NCBI GenBank assembly: GCA_049472335.1
Contig: JBLIRO010000042.1
Location: 1 to 45,751 of the forward strand
DNA length: 45,751 nt
Direction of reading: 5' to 3'
Source: a bacterium
Lineage (GTDB): Bacteria; SZUA-182; DTGQ01; JAFGSM01
Position numbers and translations under genes: made by a program. The notes beneath the pieces are model-generated. The model did not search any database, was not told where the DNA came from, and was given only the letters and a program-made list of their open reading frames with translations. Below, one piece after another: positions 28,337 to 39,195 of this stretch (position 1 is its first letter; each line of letters opens with the position of its first letter).

Positions 28337-29695
28337 CTATAATAAAATAGGGTAATTCCAACGGAGGGTAATAATAACAAAATTATTTCGACCGGTTTTA
28401 ATATCCTCGACTTGACTAACTGAAGTTTTCTCTTTCTTTTCCCAATGCAAAAATTCTACATCCAGCATAAGCTGTTGTTTGAGATTTAAGGCAAAAACAG
28501 TCCCTATTTGCTGTGAATCGATCTTTCTATGCTCGCCGGAAAAATCATCCTGATTATATCCTGAAAACAGGTTTAGGCGAATATTTTTGCTCAGATTGTA
28601 CTGAAAAATTGCAAAGATTTTACGGAATTTTGAGGGCCCAAGATTTTCAGGAGAGAAATAATCCTCTCTAAAACCTCCGCTGCCTTGTAATGTAAAAGTG
28701 CTGTTTTTTTCTCTGGTTGTCAACATGGCACTAAACGTGCCGCCTTCATTAGGACTGCTATTATAAGGATTTTTGACAAAAAATCCGCATTCTACATTGA
28801 GTTCACTCTTGGGGCTTAGTATTAGATTAACTCCTATTGAGCCTTGATGAAGCCAGAAATCATCAGTTTCAGGAGTTCTATCATACCTGTCAAAATCCTT
28901 TTTTAATGAATCGTATTTGATGAAAAAAGATCTATTGGGGTGCCAGAGATAGTTTAAGGTCATTTTCCCTTCAAAGTTATAAAAGTCTTCTAAACCCTCT
29001 CCAGATGATTCTCCTTGTTGATAAAACTTTCCGCGATTAATACTTGTGAGTAGTCCAAAACTGAATTTTGGATTAAGCTGTTTATCCAGGGTCAGAAAAA
29101 CCTCATGACCTTTACTGTCTTCATAATCACTTGATGTGCTATCAATATCAAGATAACGATTACGATAGCCAAGGCTTACTACATCTTCCGGGCCAAACTG
29201 CCATGATAAGACAGCATCACCCGAATTTTGAGTATAGATTTGTCTTTCTCTAAGCACATCTCTAACTTCTTCATCATATATCATTATAGGATTTTCGGAG
29301 CGGGCAAATGTATCTCTAAATTCAAATTCAATATTGCGATCGAAAAATTTATTCCAACCAGTAGTCAAGCTGTGCATCGTGCTATCTTCGTAGTTCTTCT
29401 CATTGCGATTCTGAAAAGAGGAAAACCCTGCTGCGTAATCGAGTCCTATATGTGTTTTGGGAGAATTAAATTCCAAAGAAAAACCAGGGGAAATTTCTGT
29501 TGTCCAATACGAATCCTTATATTCAAAGTCTGTTAAGTCACGATAATTCCTCAAAACTGTAATTTTAGGAGTAAACGTTTTTACCATCTCTGCATAAGCT
29601 GTCATCCTAAAATTTAAATACAAGAATAAAAAGCAGAGAAAAATGATTAATTGAAGGAATATATTATTTTGAATTTTAAAATTTACATTTTGCAT
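28337..29695 (-). CDS. Outer-membrane beta-barrel protein (paralog 2)
   Basis: Signal peptide AYA|; shares MVKTFTP, SPGFSL, YEDS.GHE, FWLHQ and SGGF..DYFS.ENLG.SKF with 467..1867. Confidence 0.8.
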   Translation of the reverse strand: MQNVNFKIQNNIFLQLIIFLCFLFLYLNFRMTAYAEMVKTFTPKITVLRNYRDLTDFEYKDSYWTTEISPGFSLEFNSPKTHIGLDYAAGFSSFQNRNEKNYEDSTMHSLTTGWNKFFDRNIEFEFRDTFARSENPIMIYDEEVRDVLRERQIYTQNSGDAVLSWQFGPEDVVSLGYRNRYLDIDSTSSDYEDSKGHEVFLTLDKQLNPKFSFGLLTSINRGKFYQQGESSGEGLEDFYNFEGKMTLNYLWHPNRSFFIKYDSLKKDFDRYDRTPETDDFWLHQGSIGVNLILSPKSELNVECGFFVKNPYNSSPNEGGTFSAMLTTREKNSTFTLQGSGGFREDYFSPENLGPSKFRKIFAIFQYNLSKNIRLNLFSGYNQDDFSGEHRKIDSQQIGTVFALNLKQQLMLDVEFLHWEKKEKTSVSQVEDIKTGRNNFVIITLRWNYPILL

Positions 29696-29735
29696 TTTGC
29701 AATTTATCTCAAAGTTGCACCGGGATTTTGAGAGG

Positions 29736-30857
29736 TTATATGATTTCCTGGTAATATTTTGTATATAGATTAATAATAGTGTATTCCGAAAAAAAATCTT
29801 CAGCCTTGAGAATATTTCTTCTTTGCATCTGCGAAGAAAGATCCCTGTCCATTATAATTTTCAGAATGCCTTCCGACATTGCCTGATAATCACCAATCGG
29901 GACTATAAATCCATTTAGTCCATTCTCGACTGCCTCTTCGCACCCACCCGCATCAGTACATACGACTGGAAGGCCTGCGGCCAAATATTCGATAACGGAA
30001 TTTGAAAGACTTTCGGAATGAGAGGAAAGAACACCTATATCAAGGGCTTTGAGGATCTGAATGATATCCTCTCTCTTTCCGAGAAACTTTACACTATCAT
30101 TAAGCCCCAGTTCAGTACAAAGACTTTTCAGTCTATCTCTTTCTACTCCGTCCCCTACAATTATAAATTTTGATTCAGGGACTTTATTTTTTACAAGACG
30201 GGCAGCTCTTAAAAAAACATCAATACCTTTTACCGGTCTAAGGTTAGCAACAATCCCAACTGCTGGTGAATTATTCGAAATATCCCAAGACCTCCTGTAT
30301 CTCTCCCTGTTCTTTATGGGGTACTTTTTAAACAATTCTATATCCACTCCATTGTGTATCACATGAATTTTCTTTTCATGTATATTCTCGACCTCAGCGG
30401 CCCATTTTTTTGTTTTTCTGGAATTGGCAAGAAAATGGGTCACTGATCTGTTTAATATTTTAAGCAGGCACAATTCAAATCCGTTGTGCCAATAGCCTTG
30501 GTTACGCCTTGAAGATATTATTACTTTAGTCCTGGCAAACTTTGCACCAAATATTCCGACAATATTGGAGTCCCTAAAATGGGTTTGAACGATATGGAAT
30601 TTTCCGCTTTTTAGAAACCGGGAAAAAACTAAAATATGAAAATATGTAGCAGGTTTTTTAAAAGATTTGATATCAAGGATCTTCAGAGGGCACAGATCAA
30701 ATTTTTTCTCAAGCCATTCAGAGGATTGCAGGCAAAAGAGATAAGGCTCAAAATTTTTTCTATCAAGAGATCTAAGCAAAAAAAGAAGCTGCTTTTCAGT
30801 ACCACTGGTAGGTGATTCAATAGTATCTATAATATATGCGATTTTTATCTTCGCCAT
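29736..30857 (-). CDS. Glycosyltransferase family 4
   Basis: GTEKQL, ANLRPVKG and ESLSNSVIEYLAAGLPVV motifs. Confidence 0.92.
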   Translation of the reverse strand: MAKIKIAYIIDTIESPTSGTEKQLLFLLRSLDRKNFEPYLFCLQSSEWLEKKFDLCPLKILDIKSFKKPATYFHILVFSRFLKSGKFHIVQTHFRDSNIVGIFGAKFARTKVIISSRRNQGYWHNGFELCLLKILNRSVTHFLANSRKTKKWAAEVENIHEKKIHVIHNGVDIELFKKYPIKNRERYRRSWDISNNSPAVGIVANLRPVKGIDVFLRAARLVKNKVPESKFIIVGDGVERDRLKSLCTELGLNDSVKFLGKREDIIQILKALDIGVLSSHSESLSNSVIEYLAAGLPVVCTDAGGCEEAVENGLNGFIVPIGDYQAMSEGILKIIMDRDLSSQMQRRNILKAEDFFSEYTIINLYTKYYQEII

Positions 30858-30885
30858 TATCTCAATGATAATTTAAGGAAATAAA

Positions 30886-31923
30886 CTACGGTCCTTTAAA
30901 TATCCTCTCAATGAATCCCCATCCCAAACAAAAATGTATAATAAAAAATATTGGAGGCAGAAACCATAAATATCTCCAGCCGTTCTTGAATGCTATCCTG
31001 ATAGACTCCGCAACGATTATAAACAAATAGAAGCCATACATCACAAAAATGAAACCCGATAACGAAGGCCATAAAGAAGTGGATATTGAATAAATACCGC
31101 AGCCGGCAATGCATAATAGGGAGAGAAGAAAAATACCTAACCCCATTACAAATGCCGGTAGAACAAGCATGTCAAAATTTATTGTCTCCGGGTGTTTCTT
31201 TATAAACTGGAAACGGCCTCTGCCATATCTTTTCATTTGGCTGAATAGCCCCTTTAGAGTTTTACGAGGATAATATCTGATTGTGAGATGCGGGCTTATG
31301 TATGTCTTCAATCCCGCTTTTTCCACCATATAATTAAACTCCACATCCTCACATGCATCAAAATTTTCATCTACATAGCCTATTGTGTCGAATACCTCCC
31401 TTTTGTAAACAGCCCCCACGCTTACAGGGCTGACAAATCCTTCATATGATGAATAGATAAGAGAATTTGAGCTATGACCAATCCGAGAAGACCTCGCAAG
31501 GGCAACAGCCTTCTGAAATGTGGTTAAACCAGGAGGATCAAGAGGTTGGGGCCGGCCAAGACATTGTGCCCCACTCTTCTCGAAACAATCAACTATATTT
31601 CTTAATAGATTTTTGTCAGGGATGAAGCAATGTCCATCAACAACCAGAAAAATATCTCCCCGCCCCATTCGGAAACCTATATTTCTTCCAGCGCTGGAAA
31701 GACCCTTGGGATTTTCGACTAGTTTAATTTGAGGATGCGAATGGGAAAGTCTTGTGACGATTTCCTTTGTGCCATCTTTTGACATACCGTCTACCACGAT
31801 TATCTCAAATCTGTCAACTGGGAAATCCTGGCTTAAGAGTTGTTTGAGGGTTGATTCAATAAATAGTTCCTCGTTTTTAACAGGAACGACTATTGTGATA
31901 AATGGAGAAATGATATTTTTCAT
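30886..31923 (-). CDS. Glycosyltransferase family 2 (ExoA-like)
   Basis: PVKNEE, VDGMSKDGT, VDGH and ACEDVE motifs; C-terminal TMs. Confidence 0.9.
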   Translation of the reverse strand: MKNIISPFITIVVPVKNEELFIESTLKQLLSQDFPVDRFEIIVVDGMSKDGTKEIVTRLSHSHPQIKLVENPKGLSSAGRNIGFRMGRGDIFLVVDGHCFIPDKNLLRNIVDCFEKSGAQCLGRPQPLDPPGLTTFQKAVALARSSRIGHSSNSLIYSSYEGFVSPVSVGAVYKREVFDTIGYVDENFDACEDVEFNYMVEKAGLKTYISPHLTIRYYPRKTLKGLFSQMKRYGRGRFQFIKKHPETINFDMLVLPAFVMGLGIFLLSLLCIAGCGIYSISTSLWPSLSGFIFVMYGFYLFIIVAESIRIAFKNGWRYLWFLPPIFFIIHFCLGWGFIERIFKGP

Positions 31924-33034
31924 ACACTTCCAGATATAACTCTTTTAACTTTTCTGTCTGTATATCAAAATTAAAATGTTCTTTTATATACTTATAACCT
32001 TTGTCCCCCATTTCTTTTCTTAAATTCGGATCTTGTGTGAGCTTCAAGATGTATTCTGCCAATCGATCCAAGTCCTGAACTGAGATGAGGAATCCTGTCT
32101 CACCATCTAAAACAACCTCCGGAATTCCTCCGACTCTTGAAGCAATGACAGGCTTCTTAAAAGAATAAGCCTCCAGTAACACGTTTGGGAGCCCCTCGGT
32201 AAAAGATGCAAGAACAAAAATATCAGTGTCCTTGAGAAGCGAAAAAAAATCCTTTCTGAATCCAGGAAGAAAAAATTTATTTTCAAGGTCATTATCCAAT
32301 ACTTTTTGCTCAAGTTTTTTTCTTAAAAAACCTTCACCAAAAACAACAAACGTGATGTTTTTATTTCTCCTTATAACTATCTTTGCTGCTTCTATCAGAC
32401 CTTCGAAGTTCTTCTCTGGGCTCAAACGGCCAGCTGATACAATAAGGTAAGAGTTTCCGTCAATCCCTAATTCGTCTCTAATAGATTTTTTTGATTGGAT
32501 CTTCATATTATCCAGGTTGATTGCATTGTATATCACCGAGACCTTATCAGGCAGAAGCCGGAGCTTCATTAGTTTTTCTTTCTGGCCTTCAGAGACAGCT
32601 ACAATATGATCGACGAACTTAATGATCCATCTATCAAGTATCTCAAATAGTTTTATTTTTTTGTTCTCCGCTGTCCATCCTCTGGAAAATACAATTTGTG
32701 GGATCCTTAGTATCCATGAAACGATTCGGCCAATTACATCAGATTTATAACCATGGGTACAAAGTATATCTATCTCGTCCCTTCTCAAAATTGATATAAG
32801 ATCCAATATTACTTTAGGATTAAAAGGATTCCATGTATAAAGACATCTTATTGGAATATTTCTCTTTCCGGCAGCATCAAGAAGTTCGTTTGGTACAGAA
32901 CGTTCAATAAAAGATATAAGGAAGATGGAAAACCTTTCCTGCTTAATCCGCAATAAATGTTCAATAATCTGTTTTTCAGGGCCCCCAAAGAAATTTGTTG
33001 CGATTAAATGGGCAATCTTCAATTGACTATCCAA
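31877..33034 (-). CDS. Glycosyltransferase family 4
   Basis: GGPEKQI, GRLSPEK and EGLPNVLLEA motifs. Confidence 0.92.
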   Translation of the reverse strand: MDSQLKIAHLIATNFFGGPEKQIIEHLLRIKQERFSIFLISFIERSVPNELLDAAGKRNIPIRCLYTWNPFNPKVILDLISILRRDEIDILCTHGYKSDVIGRIVSWILRIPQIVFSRGWTAENKKIKLFEILDRWIIKFVDHIVAVSEGQKEKLMKLRLLPDKVSVIYNAINLDNMKIQSKKSIRDELGIDGNSYLIVSAGRLSPEKNFEGLIEAAKIVIRRNKNITFVVFGEGFLRKKLEQKVLDNDLENKFFLPGFRKDFFSLLKDTDIFVLASFTEGLPNVLLEAYSFKKPVIASRVGGIPEVVLDGETGFLISVQDLDRLAEYILKLTQDPNLRKEMGDKGYKYIKEHFNFDIQTEKLKELYLEVYEKYHFSIYHNSRSC

Positions 33035-34223
33035 CCCTGTTCGTCCTCTGCCAATGACTGCTTCGATAGCCGACGAGACCCAGAATGGTCACGATGAAAA
33101 ACCAAATGGCAAAAAAAGGAGAGAATAAAATATATTTAATCCTTCTTAAGTATATTCTCTCCATTAAGATTCCTGTTGCAAAATATAAAATCTGTATAAG
33201 AAGAAGGGAGAATGACCATACTACATAGAGTTTTCCCGATACAGGATCTGTTGACAAAAAATAAAAAGAACACCCTATTAATAAAAAATTAAGAATTAAA
33301 AACAACGGCTTACTCAGGAAAAAAATACTCAAAGCTGTATCCGTCAACACCATATCTCTTTTGATGAGACCTCTTAATATCAGCTTTATTATATAGCTTT
33401 TTGAAATTTTAAAATTTCCGGATGCCCATCTTATTCTCTGGGTTTTAGCCTGCTGAAGAGTTTCAGGTTGTTTTGCATATGTTATTGCTTCGGAGGCGAA
33501 ATTTATCTTTATCCCATGTTGAATGAGTTTTAGACCATATTCTGTATCTTCTGTAATTGAATAAGCATCCCAGGGAAACTGCAACAGAGTTTCCCGCGAA
33601 AAACACATACCGTTACCCCTAAGATTTGCAGAAAGACCAAGTCTTGATTTGGCTTCATAGAAAAGCTTATTTTCAATAGTATTTCCGATAAAGAATAAAT
33701 ATGTCAATGCAGTGGAATCGGGATTAGCTAGGCCATCATATGACTGAATTACTTTTTGCCCAGAAAGCAGCCGATTGTTCATTACCATGAGAAAACTTTT
33801 ATTTATTAGAGAATCGGCATCAACAATCACAAAGGCATCATAATTTTCTTTTACAAGCTTACTAATTGCATATTCAAGGGCATATCCTTTGCCTTTTCTT
33901 TCGGGATCGTTTCTCTCGATATATTTGATTCCTGCTGTCTTAACCACTTCAGCAGTATTGTCGGTACAGTTATCCACTATAACAATTACATCATAGAGAT
34001 TCTCAGGGTAATCAATTTCTTTCAGGTTATTTAGTGTATCAAAAATTCCCAAAGCTTCGTTATGTGCAGGGACTAAAATAACAAACCTCAACGTTGGCGG
34101 ATGTTTGACATAATTCTCAGCAGGCTTGTAAAGGAAATAAACAATCGAGAGAAAAACCAGATATAAAATGCAGAAGCTGAAAAGAGATAAGAAAAAAATA
34201 AATATCAGTTTGATGAAAGGCAT
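33027..34223 (-). CDS. Membrane glycosyltransferase family 2 (CESA-like)
   Basis: PAHNE, DNCTD, GKG, DADS, TED and QRIRW motifs; flanking TMs. Confidence 0.9.
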   Translation of the reverse strand: MPFIKLIFIFFLSLFSFCILYLVFLSIVYFLYKPAENYVKHPPTLRFVILVPAHNEALGIFDTLNNLKEIDYPENLYDVIVIVDNCTDNTAEVVKTAGIKYIERNDPERKGKGYALEYAISKLVKENYDAFVIVDADSLINKSFLMVMNNRLLSGQKVIQSYDGLANPDSTALTYLFFIGNTIENKLFYEAKSRLGLSANLRGNGMCFSRETLLQFPWDAYSITEDTEYGLKLIQHGIKINFASEAITYAKQPETLQQAKTQRIRWASGNFKISKSYIIKLILRGLIKRDMVLTDTALSIFFLSKPLFLILNFLLIGCSFYFLSTDPVSGKLYVVWSFSLLLIQILYFATGILMERIYLRRIKYILFSPFFAIWFFIVTILGLVGYRSSHWQRTNRVG

Positions 34224-35590
34224 TAAAAAAATTCTTTTCCCAGTTTGGAGACGCAGAAACGGTACTTTCCCGAATGTTCAATTTGGATTGAATTTACCAA
34301 ATCAACCCGATATCTCATTTTACTACCAAATCTCTCAACAAAAAGTTTATGTATTTGTTTTTCGGTCTCTATGCTGAAATTTTCACTCTTGACAATCTTT
34401 AATACCAGACAGTCTAATTGCTCCTGAATAATCTGGATCTGCTTGATACCACTTATAAGCATTGCAAAATTCTCAGTAAGTGATATACCGGAAATCAACT
34501 TTCCATCTGGAGTCATTATATAGTCAGACGCTCGGCCCTTTATCGATTCCAGCAATGGATAACTCCGTCCACATGGGCAAAATCTGTCTGATAAAATACC
34601 CACATCTCCAACCTTATATCTAATAAACGGCATTCCATAATTTGTTAGATCCGTAATGACAATAGCCCCAGGTTCACCCGATATGGCTTTCTTGCCATCA
34701 TGAATAATTTCTACAATAACCGTATCCATGTTTATATGAAATCCATCATGCTCCTCACATTCACATGCTATAAGGCTTACTTCCTCACATCCGTATCTAT
34801 TTGTTACTTTACAATTAAACGCATGCTCTATCTCCGCCCGCTCAAAATCATGCAGAACCATAGCTGTGCTAATAATCCCTTTGGGTTTTACCCCATTCAG
34901 GTCCTGTTTCTTTAAGAACCTCACGAATAAATACAGGGAATGAGCATGCCCGAAAAGCAATGATATATTCTTCTTTCTTATACAGTGATAAAATTCCAGC
35001 ATATCCTTTTCATCCATTTTTAGCGTATCGAGATAATCGTATCTCTCAAGGAGAAAATTCCTCACATATCCCCTCCAGCTCTTTTTATATTCAGGGTTGC
35101 CCCATACGGCCCCAATTCTTTCTCCCATCTTCCATCCCGTCCATTGATCATGGCGGATGGCACAAGCCCTTTTCCATTGTAAGCTATCAATATCTACGAA
35201 GAATTCAAGTGACACACCAGTGGAACCGGAGGTTTTTTTGGGAATAATTTTTTCACAAGGGATATTCTTTGCAATCATCTTATCCTTATTGTTCCTTATA
35301 TGATCTTTATTCAAAATAGGAATCGCCGATAAATCTTTCCAGGCTTTTATATCATCAGGTTCTATTCCGTGTTTTGCCAGCCTTTCTCTGTAAAAATCAC
35401 AATTTTCATATGCATGGGAAAGAAGGGCCTTAAACCTCTTCCATTGGTTTTCTTTTACCTGAGAAATTGGAAAATATTGTGACTTCTCAAGATATCTAAG
35501 ATGTTTCAAATAAGGAGAGCCTTCTTTTAATGCCCAAAGTGGCGCAATTAAATTACGTACAATCTTTGGATAAAAATCAAATTTATGCAT
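34223..35590 (-). CDS. CapK / phenylacetate-CoA ligase family adenylate-forming enzyme
   Basis: TSGSTG, YGCEE, PFIRYKVGD, GR..D and SGKYR motifs. Start probably ATG 35590 (SD GAGGTG) rather than TTG 35605. Confidence 0.88.
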   Translation of the reverse strand: MHKFDFYPKIVRNLIAPLWALKEGSPYLKHLRYLEKSQYFPISQVKENQWKRFKALLSHAYENCDFYRERLAKHGIEPDDIKAWKDLSAIPILNKDHIRNNKDKMIAKNIPCEKIIPKKTSGSTGVSLEFFVDIDSLQWKRACAIRHDQWTGWKMGERIGAVWGNPEYKKSWRGYVRNFLLERYDYLDTLKMDEKDMLEFYHCIRKKNISLLFGHAHSLYLFVRFLKKQDLNGVKPKGIISTAMVLHDFERAEIEHAFNCKVTNRYGCEEVSLIACECEEHDGFHINMDTVIVEIIHDGKKAISGEPGAIVITDLTNYGMPFIRYKVGDVGILSDRFCPCGRSYPLLESIKGRASDYIMTPDGKLISGISLTENFAMLISGIKQIQIIQEQLDCLVLKIVKSENFSIETEKQIHKLFVERFGSKMRYRVDLVNSIQIEHSGKYRFCVSKLGKEFF

Positions 35591-35659
35591 CAAATCCCAC
35601 CTCAAGTATCAGACTAACTAAATTTTCATTAGGTTAAGTTTCTAGCTCCATGCTCTCTG

Positions 35660-36427
35660 TTAAATATTCTTTGAAAACAATATATGAATTTTCATCGGTA
35701 TTGTTTTATTATTTACAGTAAAAAAGTATTGTAATCCATTTAGCAAAAATCCCATTTTGGTCAGAATTTTTTGAAATAAGGATCTCTTTTCAGGGGCAAA
35801 ATATTTGCCGTCACAATTTGGACACCTTTCTTCCTGCTCATACGAGCCATAAGGATTACCGGAAAGATCAAATAAATATGCGGATAAAGAATTGGTTCTA
35901 TAATATTTTCTCTGGCCAACATATTTTATATCTATAGGTTGCGCGCCCCTAAATAATTTTAGCAACGATTGTTCATTAAATGAGTTTACATGGCCATATC
36001 CCGGGCTTATAACACCACAATTAATACAGGTAACCCTGCCTATTCTAATATCTTCATTGTAAGGAACACCTATTAAAATATGATTTTTTGCGACACGGAC
36101 CAATTCGTCACATGCCTTCTGTAATAATGAAGGATTTATATGCTCAAGCACTTCGCTGCACAAAACAACATCGAAACTATTATCAGGAAATCTAAGACTG
36201 GTAACATCTCCTTTCACCGGCTTTATCTTTTGGTAATCAATATCAGGCTTTTCAAGGTCAAGGGCTGTCACATGTTCAAAAAATTGTGCTAAAACTTTAG
36301 TCATATAAGCGCCGCGAGAGCCTATCTCCAAAATAGTTTTATTTGACTTTGGAATCATTTCGATAAGACACTTAACCCTTTCCCTCTGGACAACAGGAGA
36401 AGCAAGGCTCCAATCGATTTCACACAT
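35660..36427 (-). CDS. Class I SAM-dependent methyltransferase
   Basis: ILEIGS and FPDNSFDVVLCSEVLEH motifs; two CxxC. Confidence 0.85.
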   Translation of the reverse strand: MCEIDWSLASPVVQRERVKCLIEMIPKSNKTILEIGSRGAYMTKVLAQFFEHVTALDLEKPDIDYQKIKPVKGDVTSLRFPDNSFDVVLCSEVLEHINPSLLQKACDELVRVAKNHILIGVPYNEDIRIGRVTCINCGVISPGYGHVNSFNEQSLLKLFRGAQPIDIKYVGQRKYYRTNSLSAYLFDLSGNPYGSYEQEERCPNCDGKYFAPEKRSLFQKILTKMGFLLNGLQYFFTVNNKTIPMKIHILFSKNI

Positions 36428-36646
36428 AAAACGATTTACCTGTCCTTTCGGTAAGTTCGAACTAATAGAAATATACCTTCATAACCAAATAGAACTAAAT
36501 AAATTTTGGGGATGTGTCTTAAAGGAAAGGCCGGGAGATCTCAACCTTAAACCCAAACCTTGCATTTGAGTTAAACCAACAGTCTTACAAACTGGCTTTT
36601 TGGAAAGTGTGTCAGGATAATGGATGATAGGTGGGCCTTTTGTTTA

Positions 36647-37531
36647 TTATTTTTTTTGACCTTTTTTTGCCTGAAAACTCATAAACTCAAATTTAGATAA
36701 AAATATATGAAAAAGATAGAGAAGAAAAAGCCCTAAAAAGAAAACCATCAATCCTGAAAATCCGTGTAAAAATCCCTCCGCAATTTTCTCACCATATTTA
36801 CTGGCAAATCCAGCGGTTAAGGTTAACCTTATAATGTTTGTCAAAATAGCTATGGGAATAGCTGAAAGGAATAAAAGCCATTTTTTGGGTTTTGAATGAC
36901 TGGTAAAAAAAGCAAAGGCAGCACTAAGCGCCAATAATGAAGTTAGAGAACGAAGTCCTGAACAGGCATCAACCACTTCAAGAGTCATGTTGGCCAAATA
37001 TAAAATATTTCCTCTTCTCAAAATCGTTATTCCCAACGAATTTATTATTTCAGATGCCAGGAATGAAGCAAACAATTTCAAGGGAAATGCTATCTTATTC
37101 CAAATTATTGCTGGGATTGGGATCATAAATATAAGGTATAAAACGGGAAATGATAGTCTTTTGGTGATTGAGTTTCCTGCCAGAAATAAAAGAATGCCAA
37201 ACAAAACTATTATCATTGAGATCCTTTGAAGGAAATATTCTGATCCGATTCGGGATATCATCAATTGACAGAATCCAATAAGAATTAGTATTACTCCCCA
37301 ATTATTGGGATTTACCTCAAGGTCTCCAATCTTTTTTCTGATCGCCCAGATCATATATAAAACTATCAGTGGAATCAGGTAACCATGTGAATAGTTATCA
37401 TTTATCTGCCAATCTTTAACCATAACGAAGATAATCGGATAATACAGAATAAGAAAAAGAATTGAAATAATACCAATCTGCAAATAAAGCAGTTTCTTTT
37501 TGTTTCTAATTGACTCTTTCAATATATCCAT
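36647..37531 (-). CDS. xrt: Exosortase (EpsH family)
   Basis: YSHGYLIP; catalytic Cys in VDACSGLRS, Arg in NIIR and His in FLHG; 8 TM segments. Confidence 0.95.
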   Translation of the reverse strand: MDILKESIRNKKKLLYLQIGIISILFLILYYPIIFVMVKDWQINDNYSHGYLIPLIVLYMIWAIRKKIGDLEVNPNNWGVILILIGFCQLMISRIGSEYFLQRISMIIVLFGILLFLAGNSITKRLSFPVLYLIFMIPIPAIIWNKIAFPLKLFASFLASEIINSLGITILRRGNILYLANMTLEVVDACSGLRSLTSLLALSAAFAFFTSHSKPKKWLLFLSAIPIAILTNIIRLTLTAGFASKYGEKIAEGFLHGFSGLMVFFLGLFLLYLFHIFLSKFEFMSFQAKKGQKK

Positions 37532-37580
37532 TTTTTAGTTCCGCATATCTTTTAAAACCAGAAAGGTTTTACCAATTAAA

Positions 37581-38228
37581 TTAACCGGGCAAATACCCCT
37601 TTAAGATATAAATAACTTGTTCAGTAAATTCCCTCAGGTTTTCCATTTCCTGCTCTTCTTGCCCCTTTTCCACAGAAGTCATAATCCGGACAAATGAGCC
37701 ATCTGTTCGACGTTTTAAAATCGAATCCAAAACCAGATATATTTTCTGCATATACTCAGATCTGATAAATCGACCGCGTGACTGAAACCAATAAAATACT
37801 ATTGCTTGTTCGGCACCCTTTAGAATTATCATTTTGTTAATATCGATAGTCACCGGTTTTGATTGATGTATATTAAATTGCTCCGGCTCGCATTTAACAA
37901 CATTCCAGCCTGCTCCTGGCATACAATTTTTTGGTGAATGAAATCCCTTTCCTTCTTTTTGACTGTTAAAATAACTTACATAAAGATCTATCTTCTTTTT
38001 ATCAGGTGATATGTACTCAAACTGAATATAATCATCAACTCCTAAAAGGCTAGTGACTGTATCGGAGAAAATTATTTGTTCACTAAAAGTCCAATTTCCT
38101 ATTTTTCTAGGGAAGGTTTCAAGTGGTTTTTTTATTGGAATTACTTTGCTTTCCGGCAGCAGATGGAAAAAGATTATCCCTATTATCAATATAATGGAAA
38201 TGATCAATACTCTTTTATTTGATATCAT
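37581..38228 (-). CDS. epsI: Exosortase-associated protein EpsI
   Basis: FPRKIGNW, HSPKNCMPGAGW, YWFQSRGR and RRTDG motifs. Confidence 0.92.
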   Translation of the reverse strand: MISNKRVLIISIILIIGIIFFHLLPESKVIPIKKPLETFPRKIGNWTFSEQIIFSDTVTSLLGVDDYIQFEYISPDKKKIDLYVSYFNSQKEGKGFHSPKNCMPGAGWNVVKCEPEQFNIHQSKPVTIDINKMIILKGAEQAIVFYWFQSRGRFIRSEYMQKIYLVLDSILKRRTDGSFVRIMTSVEKGQEEQEMENLREFTEQVIYILKGYLPG

Positions 38229-38268
38229 TGATCCTTTTTGGTGAATTTAAAATTTTTCATGTTAATTT

Positions 38269-39195
38269 TTATGAGATCCCTAACACATCTATAGCCCGGG
38301 AAAAATTAAAGTCTTTCAATAATTTTTTTATCTTCCCCTCTGTTTTATTTAAATTAATATAATGCCGAAACTTAGACAAAAAAGATATTCCTTTAATACT
38401 TGGCTGATCTTTATCAAATTCCCATGGATGAATATAAAATATGAATGGTTTCTTTTCTTGAATATTGATTTTCTTGAATCCCCATTTGATAAATTGATAT
38501 GGAAACAATCTAAAATATCCTCCACCTGCAACAGGAAAATTATTTATAAATATTTTTATTGTTGAAATGGGAAACTCTATAATAAACTCATTGAAAAAAT
38601 CTATCGAATCATTTACATCCAAGGGCTTAATTAATTTGTTGAAATTATTTGGACAATCTAAAAAATTGGATAAATTTCCGTTAACAATAAACGGAAATCT
38701 AAATTTCTTAGAAGTGTTGAAGCGATACCAGCGCAAGGGGAATATACTGGAGTCGTATTTAAAACCCTCCTCTTTTAATATTTCTAATGCCCATAAAGAT
38801 TTTTGACTTAGAGAAAAAGAGGGTGCACGATATCCGATGACATCTTTACCAGTTATGTCCTCTAAAATCCTTTTGGATTTTTTCACATCTTCGCGGAACT
38901 CATTAAATGTCTGGAGAGTGAGAAGTTTGTGGGAATATCCGTGAGACGCGATTTCATGGCCTTCTTTATGGATATTTTTTATAAGATTTGGATATCTCTC
39001 TGCAATCCAGCCTAAAACGAAAAAAGTTGCCTTAACTTTAAATTCATTTAATATGTTTAGGATATAAAAGGTATTTCTTTCAACCCTACATTCATATCTA
39101 TCCCAATCGGAAAAATTAATTACTCTTGAAAAATTGGAAACCTGGAAATAGTCTTCTATATCAATTGTCAATGAATTTATCTGATTATTAATCAT
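38269..39195 (-). CDS. PEP-CTERM-locus polysaccharide deacetylase
   Basis: DIEDYFQV, ATFFVLGW, HGYSH, RAPSFS, GGGYFRL and HPWEFD motifs. Confidence 0.93.
   Translation of the reverse strand: MINNQINSLTIDIEDYFQVSNFSRVINFSDWDRYECRVERNTFYILNILNEFKVKATFFVLGWIAERYPNLIKNIHKEGHEIASHGYSHKLLTLQTFNEFREDVKKSKRILEDITGKDVIGYRAPSFSLSQKSLWALEILKEEGFKYDSSIFPLRWYRFNTSKKFRFPFIVNGNLSNFLDCPNNFNKLIKPLDVNDSIDFFNEFIIEFPISTIKIFINNFPVAGGGYFRLFPYQFIKWGFKKINIQEKKPFIFYIHPWEFDKDQPSIKGISFLSKFRHYINLNKTEGKIKKLLKDFNFSRAIDVLGIS

Noticed and set aside
28327..28380. TTG start of the amidotransferase overlapping the barrel gene
   Set aside because: AGGAGG precedes ATG 28326.
31877..31923. 47-bp overlap between the GT4 and GT2 genes as a possible frameshift
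   Set aside because: Both proteins look complete; ordinary operon overlap.
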